64,000 nt of DNA from Paragordius varius (Eukaryota; Animalia; Nematomorpha): NCBI GenBank assembly GCA_964247055.1, contig OZ176050.1, positions 9,734,001 to 9,798,000 on the forward strand, written 5' to 3'. Each line of letters begins with the position of its first letter. Within the stretch, counting starts at the first letter, position 1. The notes below the pieces were generated by a model. The model made no database searches. It was not told where the DNA came from and saw nothing but the letters and a program-made list of their open reading frames with translations. This document shows, piece by piece, positions 54,191-64,000 of the stretch. The translations under genes were made by a program, and so were the position numbers.

Positions 54191-57100
54191 ATATTTAACA
54201 AAATATTTAAAATGGAACAAATATTATTACACAAAATAAATGCTTAATATATGATGTATATAGAGTTTTATTCGTTTGTTCATCAATATACATTGATTAA
54301 TTAAAAAATTGTATTATTTATATTATCCACATATTTTATCGTAAATTGGTCTAATTTTTATCTTTGCAAACATGTTTTTGAGGCCTTTCAGATTTGGCTA
54401 AAGGATAATATTTTTTAACCCTTTTTTCGATTGTTAAAACAATCACTTTTTGATTATGTAAAAACGCAACTCTATCACCCTTTTTAAATTTATAGTGAAT
54501 ATGGATTTAAAATACTTCCAATTATGGATATTAATAATGAGAAAAAAAGTATAAAATGGTTTTTCGGCCCTTTCAGCTCTTGTAAAACAGCCTTATTAAT
54601 TAATAGTTTCAAAATATTTGGGTAAACCTAATTAAGTATGGTTTTATTTTTTTTAACGTTTAAAGTTAAAAAGATTTTCCTCCTAAGATATCATGAAAGG
54701 ATAAATTTTTTTTGCCAATTTCCATATATACCATTTACAGCTAATTCCCTTGAACGATTCAAACTCACGCTAAAATAAGTGTTTTTACCTATTATATTTT
54801 CAAAAAATGAAATTTCGTATAACATAATACTGAATAAATAATAAACCTGCCTTAAAGAAATAATTCATATTAATGATGAATGATAGCCTGATAGGCATAA
54901 TTTAAGGGTGAATTTGAAGTGTGCTATAGGTGCGGATAAAAAATACACACCGAAATTGTTATAATTATTAATGTTTGATCGCTTATACAATTATCATCAC
55001 TGCCGCCAAAGTTAATACACAATTTCATAAAATTTTGCTCATGGCTAAATACAAGCCCTAAGCCTTTAATTTGTCTACTTTAACTAATTTTTAATAGCCA
55101 ATCTTCGACCTCTCCATAACTTTGTTAATGACCCCTAAAACCAAAACCATCGTCTTTATTTTCTTATCAGCATATCTATCATTCCCCAGTCTAAAAGAAA
55201 TATATTCCCAATTAATCGGAACGTTTTTTTTGTCAATCAAACGATTTCTCAATCAAATTAATTTCTCAATAAAACATTTTTCCAATTAAAAACGCTTTTG
55301 TTTGTTACTATTAAATATTAGATTAACCTTTTGCCATTATATACATATTATTGTTTTTATCAACACTATTCTTCAACAATTTTTTATTATTTTTGACTTT
55401 ATGCGATATCATTAAATAACTTACTCTTATGAATTATTTTTATTTATTATCCTATAACTCGAATTTAAGTTCAATTTCTTCAACTTAAAAGTCTAAAACC
55501 GTCTTTATTCTGTTTCTGAGCTATTATAATACAGATATACATTTGATAGTTTACCATTTTTATGCTCTGTAGCTAACAATATATTAAAAATCAAAAATAT
55601 GTAAATTTAATGGCGGTTTAAATATTTTTTAAACAAACCACTAAAAAAATTATCACACTTGCGTAATGGAATTATAACCTCCAAAAAATTGAGTGAATTG
55701 AATTATTCAAAGGGGAATTTTGAATGCTTAGGATTGAATCCGGAATATTTGAGGTTGAAACATCTAAATGAATTACTTAAAAAATTTATTAAGAATAAAT
55801 ATTTTAATAATTCCGCAATTTTAAATTGAAAATATAAAATGTAAATAAATAATTGTGGTTAAAAACTAACTTTTACGTTCAAAAAATTAAATAATTTTAT
55901 TTCTAGTTTTAATATCATAAAAATGTTTTTATTTTTGAAAATGTTTACATTGATTGGAAAACTTTAGGATTTTGTTTAATTTGGAAATTGTAGGGAAAAT
56001 ATATTCAAGAGTTACCACGCGCGGCCCGCGATGCTTTATATGCGGCCTTCAAAAAAATTGAGAATCCATAATTCGAAATTGGTATTTAATTTCTTTATAT
56101 AGTCTATTAAATTGGCAAAAACTAGGAAAAATTATTGTATTGGGTTGTTGAATTCTTCGATCTTATATTTGAAATCTAAATTATTTATGATACCTAGATA
56201 TATTTTCAGTCCACTAAACCATTTGTTTTGGACACCCCTGATATAACCTGCTTTGCTGAATCTCATATTTCAGTATATTAATATAAATAACTAGGGCAGT
56301 GAGTCCAACACATATGGCTTCGCGCGCATTTTTGACTTTAAAACTCTGGCGGCTGTCGAAATATATATGGGCATTCATAAGGAATTTAGTGGATTTTAAG
56401 CATAACCCTGTAAAATGCAAACTCAATATGGCAATTATTTCTAATTTTGCCAATTGGAGAGAGTTATTTAAAAAAAATTGTTTAGGAAATATCATTTTTA
56501 TTTAGATTTTGTGAGCATGATTATGTAATTTAAGGATTGACAAATTTTTCGCGGGCCGCACAAAAAATCTCGGAGTCCCTTGATCTAAGGGGTAAAACTC
56601 CATCCCAAATAACATTAACACAAAAAGTAGTTTGGGATGAGGTATTAGAAATGCTTTATCTATATATTAAAAAAAATAAGAGATGTGAGCTTTGAGCGAG
56701 GCTTGGAAAACGGATAATCCCACCGATTTTAAATTAAAAATCATTTCAGTTATTGATACGCTGACAGTGACTAAGACCTTTCTTGAATTGGGCCCTGAGT
56801 TTAGCCCCACCGCGTGTAAAAATCGCATTTATTCAGTTTCAATAATGTACAATTTATAATGTTCAGTAAATGCGCCGAGACAAAACGCTTTTTTTATTTA
56901 GCCTCCACAATTAAATAAGTTTTTTTTGGTTTGGCGCACGTTACCAAAAATTTGAGGGTACAGTCAGTTTTAATGTACTTTTGTAGTTTTACAATTGCGC
57001 CGAAAATGAATAAGCTCTTTTTTTAAATTAGCCCCTTAATTACAAGTGTAAAAGTATGGGGTTTTAGATCACATTCGCTTTGAAGGAGGTTTTTTGGAAA

Positions 57101-57535
57101 GCGTTTAGGTCCATGCACATTCAATAGTGTTTTTTAAGCCTTTTATTGAAAATTAACCCATCAGTTTCGTCCCGCCAATATAAAAATAGTTTTTTGAACA
57201 ATTTTTGGTTTTGTAACACGATCCTGGAAAAAGTGTAGGAGTCAGTCTGGAGAAAGACTTTTTTTATTGTTTTACAGTGGGGTTGATGGTAACTAAGACC
57301 GTTTTTTAAGTATCGCCTCATTAACCCCCACTTAGCGTAAAAATAGGAGAATCAAAATATTTCTGGCGTTGAAGCAAATTTTTGGAAAGCGTGTAAGCCC
57401 CATATTTAAAATTAGTGTTTTTTTTATTATACCGTCGAGGGTGAATAAGCTTTTCTTAGAATTTGCCTGTCTCAGTCCAGTCCTATCCGTGGAAAAATGG
57501 GTTTTTAACACTTGGATACAACACATTTATTATAT

Positions 57536-58084
57536 TCTTTCGATTCAAATTGGGGTAGTTAAATACCCCAGGCCTGTTTAAAATGTAATTCTTTAAAAAT
57601 ATGGAAGGAATCGAAACCATTGCGATATTTTCCACTTAAACATTAATAAACCGAAATATATAAAATCTTTTATTCAAAAATACTTAATATTACTTATTTT
57701 AAGCTAAAACAAAGGGTAAAAATTTAGTCAACGTGACATCTGTGCAATGGTAAAATTGAAAAAGAATACAATATTAATCGCTTTTTCTATTTCTATCAAT
57801 GTTAGAAGTAATTGAAATAAAAAATTAGCTTTAATTTTACCCTTAAAATTCAAAGAAGACGATATTTTGCAAAAATTTTGCAAAATAAAAATGGCGTCGA
57901 AGTAGTTTGACATGGAATTTTTTTTCAAAACAAAATTATATTTAGATATTTTGGCATATTTATATAAATTTTATTAGGATAGAGGCATAAATTTAAATTG
58001 GGACCGTTTCATTCAGTAGTTTTTTAAAAATCTTAACTCAATTTTAGTCTGGTGTGTTTAGATACCCCAATTTGAATCGAAGTG
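57536..58084. mobile_element. piggyBac-type MITE, copy 2 (inverted relative to copy 1)
   Basis: Right end AATTTGAATCGAAGTG|TTAA. ORFs 57728-57928 (-) and 46835-47020 (+) are near-identical translations of the shared body. Confidence 0.7.
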
Positions 58085-59062
58085 TTAAAAAACGTATGAG
58101 AGCTGTCAGTTTCAAGATTTAATTTTTGATTTTGTAGAATGGCGCCAAAACTAAGTAGGCTAGCTCTTCAATACAGCCCCTTTTTAAAAAAAAAATTGAC
58201 TTAATATATTTTAAAAGGGCACGTCCATGTACAAATTAGAAATATTTATTTAAATAAATGCGTCTTTGGCGTCTAAACCACATATTTTTCTATATTTACC
58301 CCAACCGTGTATAGATTAGATTTTCTTTAAAATATTTACTTTGAAGCCTTTTCCTGAAAAAAATATAAGACTATTAACATTAATTAATATTTAAAGAAAA
58401 AAGATGATATTCAGCTGGACAGACTCTATCAAATTTGTCCTTGTAGTTAGCTGGAAAATTAAGTATTTTGCAACATTTAACCAACAAATTCTAAAGTTCT
58501 AGTATATATAAAAGCATAAATTTACACAACTTATCATTAGGGTAAAAATTATTAAGCGCTTTTGTAAATACGCCACTAAGTAAATTCTAAAACACATTAT
58601 TTATATAGTCATATTCATATACTTCATTATAATGGGATCATTTTCATTAAGGGACCGTTTTAATATGGCCAATTTGGTGTTACAGATAAAATATTTAATT
58701 TTATGTAAAATTCCCAAAAAATCACTTAATAGCAGTATTTATTGCTAAAATTTTACAAAAATAATTATCGGTCAGAGTACGTTACAGCGAAGCGTGACAG
58801 GGCCAGCTAATATTATTTAAATTTCCACAAATATATATTTTGTAAAATCAAAAGTAATGTTATTAATATTTAATGTGTATTTTAATATTAAACCGTGATG
58901 TATGCCATATAATCTTAAGGCACCCAAAAATATTTCGAAGCATTATAATAAATTTTGTCTGTTATGCGTAACCAATTTTTTTGTTGAATTTTACTTATTG
59001 TGGTTAAGCATCATATGATCATGTAACCACCTAAAAATCGATATCTTTTGGGTGGCTTATTT

Positions 59063-61189
59063 ATGGAAGCTATGGATAAGGAATTTATGTGGAAATCCGC
59101 CAACGAAATTTCCAATTATATTAAATTAAGATGTGAAGAAACGTTGAATTCTGACCCTTTTAAACCATGTATTGCAATTATATGTGGCTCTGGATTAGCC
59201 GATGTATCGGATATTTTAGATGGTGATGACGAAAAAATGAGTTATAAACGATTATCAGTGCCATATTCTGAAATTCCACATATGCCAATATCTCAAGGTA
59301 TATTAATAAAATATTTTAGTGGATGGTCATTTGAATAAATTAGTGTTTGGTACTATTAATAATCAGTATCAAGTATTATGTTTTCAGGGAAGATCTCATT
59401 TTTATGAAGGTATCCCGTATTGGAAAGTATGAATTTTTTTTATGCATAGTTAATTTTGCCACTGCGAGCGCTTAAAATTATGGGCATAAAAATTGTATTT
59501 TTGACCAATGTTGCTTCGTGTCTATCAGATGAATTTAAAACAGGAGATATTATGTTAATTAAAAGCCATATTGATTTACCATCATTAATTGGATTAAATC
59601 CATTGCTTGGACCAAATGATGATAGGTACTAAATCATTATATTTTGGATATTAATTATTATATATAAATATTTTGGCATAGTTTCGCCAACTTAAAATTA
59701 ATTTATATACATAACTATTGTAGAACCTATTTATGAAAAGGTTTAGTAATATATACCTCGAAGCTTCCACCATCTTTGCTTGAAATTTTTTATTAGATGC
59801 TTTTGAAAACTCAAAAGAAAAAAATATATATAACTTGTAATAATTTAACTGAAAAAATTATTGATTTTTGGTAATTAATTTGTTAGAGAAAGGTGTCACT
59901 ATAAGCCGATTCATACATTTTTTCCCTAAATCCATTATTTTTAGCAACTTTTAAAAACTAATATTAATTTATACTGGTCCTTATGAAAAGTTAAAAATTA
60001 CATTGTATGCTTTACGAAAATACTACACATAACCTGGCTTAATATGTCGTAAAATAATTATCAATTGAATTTTTAGATTATTATATTATTGCTCGCTTGT
60101 GTAATTAATTTTTTTTATTGCCTAATATTTTAACAAATATATTGTATTGTTATATCCATTATTTAGATTTGGGATCAGATTTCCAGATTGTTCTCAAATT
60201 TATTCAAAGAAATTGATTGAAAAAGCACAGGAAGCCGTTAAAGAATTAAATTTGGGTGCGTTTTGTCGAGCCGGCGTTTATATCCGTTGTAGTGGACCAA
60301 ATTATTCGACTTTGGCTGAAACTCAATTTCTTCAAAATTGTTTGAAGGGTGATGCTGTCGGTAATTATTGAGAGATATTTTTTATAATCCTAAATTTTTA
60401 CGAAATTATCTTAAAATAAAAAAAAACATGTGCAATAAAAAATTGTAAACAAGTGGAGAAAACATTTTATCCTTTTATAATTAATTTTACACCCGATTTC
60501 TATCATTCAACCGTATCCATATGTATTAGAAAAATTAGGGATATAATGCAATTATTTTTATAAAAAAGCATCCTTTTAATTTTTTTATTTAATACAGGGG
60601 ATTCCAACACAAATATCTTCGCGGCTGCTTTGATGATTTTTGTTTTTTTACTTTAAATAATAGTAATTTTTGATTAACCAATTTTTTAACATTTTTAGAG
60701 CACTTTTGCACATAAAAACACCTGCTGGACATCCATGATTTAGAACATAAAATTATATTTTAAATCTAATAACAGTCTAACTCTGACATAATGCGATTTA
60801 AATTATTTATATTAAGTCTTTTATTCTTATTATCACACTCACTAGGCTCAAGTTTATCGGACGAAGCTCTTGTTTTATACCATTCATCTTTGGCTGTTTG
60901 TGGTTTGAGTCTCATAGCCGATGATTATATTTGTGCAACGGATGAATTAAGTGATATGTTGGAACAAGAAATACCAATCACCTATAAACATCCCGAAATA
61001 ATGTCTATGCATGATGAATCGATAACTATCACTGCCATTCAACAGCAAGAAAAACGCAAAAGTTTAAGGGAACAAGAGGCTGTACTAGCCTTATCAGTAG
61101 ATGATGGTTCCCGTAGGATTGGACAAATCATAAAGAATGTCGTACTCAGGCTTATCAAAGAAAATGCACTTGAAAATTACAGTGAATAA
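59063..61189 (+). CDS. PNP: Purine nucleoside phosphorylase paralog 2, 351 aa. Exons 59063-59297, 59320-59426, 59450-59625, 60167-60360, 60846-61189
   Basis: IAIICGSGLA, VDGH, FQGRSHFYEG, LTNVASC, NPLLGPNDDRFGIRFP, SGPNYSTLAE, GDAVGSSLSDE, GLSLIADD. Introns 22, 23, 541 and 485 nt. Confidence 0.9.
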
Positions 61190-62233
61190 TTGTTTGTTTG
61201 TATGTCTCTTATATATACCTTTAGTTACGTTTATGTTTCAATATGAGTAAAATTACATTGCTAGTTGTTCGTTAAATATTGCTAGATAGTGAATACAGCA
61301 GAGAGCATTATTAATTGCACAACGAAAAAAATAACTTAAGCCAATAATAATTCCTTTCCTGTTTATACTATCTGGCAATTCTAATTGAAAGCCTAGCAAT
61401 GCATTCTTACTCACCACATATATTTTTTATATTTATATAAAGCTTATCCATTGTATGCCAAATATAACAATTACATTTATTTTCACTCTATTTTATTTAT
61501 TTATATTTACCTGCAGATATATTATTATTATTAGATAAGGTGAGCTATTATCGAGAGCCAGTAAAGATATGTTTTAATCAGGTTAAGTGTTTAAAAATTG
61601 TACAGTACTAAAATTCTTTCGTTTACTTTGGGTAATAATCTACGGGTAAAATATAGAGCGCCTAATTATGCAATTTTTCTGTATTTTTATATATTAATTA
61701 TGATTGAAATGCGTTATTGACAATCACATTATATCATCACTTTTCAAACTATGCACAGTCTAAACAATTAAAATTATATATTATATATTTAACCATTATA
61801 TTTTGTGTATTTATTTTATCATATTATAAATGTTGTTAGACAACTCAGGGAAGATTTTTGGGGATCTTAATTGTCAACCTTTTTTTGTCTAAAAAAAATT
61901 GGCAATTCAGTACCTGGTATATTTAGGATAATCAACATTACACATTTAATTTTATATTAAATCAAGCATAATTTTATAATTATGCCAATTTTTTTATAAA
62001 ATTTTGCATGTAATGCAAATCCTATCCAAATTACCATCAAAATACTCATATTTTGAACTATATATACTCATACATATTTTTATATATTTTTGGTATTGAA
62101 AATTTAATATATATATTATTATATCATTGCATAGATAATTATATATGTACACCTATTTTAATATATATGATGTCTATTTATTAATTAAAAAAGAGTTAAA
62201 ATAAATGTATTAATGTTGTAAAATATCTCAATA

Positions 62234-62302
<69 letters not shown>
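62234..62302. repeat. Long (TA)n microsatellite between the convergent PNP paralogs 2 and 3
   Basis: About 70 nt of alternating TA; it produces the YIYI ORF 62228-62410. Confidence 0.95.
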
Positions 62303-62307
<5 letters not shown>

Positions 62308-62522
62308 ATTTTATTGATTGTAAGCGGTGATATACATAATAGGGTTTTTTAAAATAAATTATTGCATATTTATATCCTGAGTGTTTTTTAGCGTGATAAT
62401 TTTTTTGCAAATCACATGTAATGTAATATATTTTTAAAACAATAGACTAATCAAATTTTGCTTATAATGATAATAATTTACAATATACATTGCTAGAATA
62501 TATGGCCTATTGTAGCCTTAAA

Positions 62523-63235
62523 TTAATCTAAACGAATCATTTCGCGTATTAGATTGGCTAAATCCTTTCCGCCTTTATCAGCGATTTCCAGGACATACTC
62601 ATGACAAATTTTATCTTTTTCGGGGTCGGTGTAATTGTCATAATTTACGAGAGTTGTGATTAGACTTAATGCGCAAACTCGGATATCACAATGTCGAGCT
62701 GTTATAACCTCCGGAATAGTGCTCATTCCTAAAAATACACATGAATGGTTAAATATACAATAAAGAGCATTATATCACGAAAGCAATTGCTTACAGCCAT
62801 CGATGAAATCGAGGAACCGTATCGTTTGTAATTTTTTTAAAAAAGAACTACTTTATTATTTATTATTTTGATCATTGAATTTAAAATATTTTTTCTATTT
62901 GATAAAATGGTAAAATAAAACCGGGCTGGTTCTTAGGAGCGGCACAATTCCCACCTATTAACACCGGTTTCTGCTCAAATATTTGGGAATCTACAGCGCA
63001 GAATTTAAAATCCTGATTTTTTTGATGAATTAATATATGTATACCAACAGCATCTCCTCCCATTCTGTGTACAGCCTTGCTTTCAGCCTTTGTTTCATAG
63101 CTTGGCCCAACCAGCATGAAATAAATGCCCTCTTTAACATGATTCTTTATATTTAATTCTTGGGCAATTTGTAGGCATCGATTTCGGAGTTCGAGATCAT
63201 AGGCGTTGTTTAAATCGGGAAATCGAGTGCCCCAC
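62523..63235 (-). CDS. PNP: Purine nucleoside phosphorylase paralog 3 (last two exons 63045-63235 and 62523-62728; 5' exons beyond window end)
   Basis: WGTRFPDLNNAYD..GIYFMLVGPSYETKAE..GGDAVG|MSTIPEVITARHCDIRVCALSLITTLV..CHEYVL. This is the most canonical of the three copies. Confidence 0.9.
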
Positions 63236-63565
63236 CTGGAAGATATAATCCAAATTAGTCAGAAGAATCATTGTTTTAAATACAATTATAGTAAAATATG
63301 TAAAGCCGACCAACTATAGTAAAATATGTAAAATCGACATGACGTTATAAGCATTTAAACAATTATTAAGATAACTTTATTAATATTATATAGAATAAAA
63401 ATATTTTCTTTAATACGTATAATTGCGGTTCCTACTCGCTAATCCATATATTAAGGAGTAACCCCTTTGTGGTTAATTTTTAATCATTATGATATAAAAA
63501 AAATTTAATTAGAATAATTCAAACAAATTATAAACCCCATAATGTAATAAATAAGGCTATATATA

Positions 63566-63900
63566 CCAGGTGTAACCATAAGTTATTACCGGTTTAACTA
63601 AGAAGAGACGACAGCGAAAAATATGCAGACGATTAATTTGGTACATACCCGATTTTTTGTTTATCTGACATTACGCGAAAAACACACACAAGGTGAGTTC
63701 GCAAAATCTAGCGTCTATATTCTATCATTCAGTAATTACGAAAAAAAAATTTGCTGCAGCCATTGCCATTAGAAGAAAGAGACTGTTGTATCGGTTGCTG
63801 GCAGAACACATATGAAACATGGTCTCTAAATATCAAAAGTTGTGATTTTATTGGAAAGAGAGTGGGCGCTAGGGTAAACCACACAAATGCGAAGACGACC
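63566..63900 (+). mobile_element. Decayed mariner 5' end within a PNP3 intron
   Basis: TA|CCAGGTGTAACCATAAGTTATTACCGGTT resembles the Mos1 TIR; downstream YRLLAE and TYETWSLNIKSCDF resemble mariner HRMLVE and TCERWFQRFKSGDF. Confidence 0.55.
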
Positions 63901-64000
63901 AATAAGAGTTATACAATTATGGTACAACAAACGATTAGGGTACAACAAACGATTAGCAGAAGATTTCATGTTTCATAAAAATCAATCAGTTAAAGTCCAT

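Noticed and set aside
56760-57500. Spaced repeated motifs that could suggest a CRISPR-like array
   Set aside because: Units are long, degenerate and irregular in a eukaryotic context; they are consistent with the internal repeats of a decayed transposon.
62228-62410. ORF with a YIYIYI repeat
   Set aside because: Translation of a (TA)n microsatellite.

Overview
Very AT-rich nuclear DNA of an invertebrate animal; the species cannot be identified from the sequence alone. By splicing exons by hand I can support nine intron-containing genes: the 5' end of a nicotinic acetylcholine receptor alpha-type subunit (- strand, runs off the window start), an RBP4/purpurin-like secreted lipocalin (-), a minimal FMN/cappuccino-type formin (+), a PDZRN3/Slip1-like PDZ protein (+), a divergent Misato/MSTO1 (-) head-to-head with RMND1 (+), and three diverged purine nucleoside phosphorylase paralogs (+, +, and a partial - copy). 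Intergenic DNA and long introns carry decayed mariner elements, hAT- and piggyBac-type MITEs (two with perfect 8-bp TSDs), an RTE LINE tail and (AT)n tracts. Main result: 14 ultra-short spliceosomal introns of 21-26 nt (mode 23), each required to restore a reading frame that continues the family alignment. They coexist with ordinary 69-2,893 nt introns in a repeat-rich, non-compact genome. One is GC-AG, and both 3n-length micro-introns contain an in-frame stop. Other highlights: a 480-bp hairpin with a minimal Penelope-type hammerhead ribozyme in each arm, and a PNP paralog with MTAP-like substitutions at the base-specificity positions. All gene models are manual and lack transcript support.
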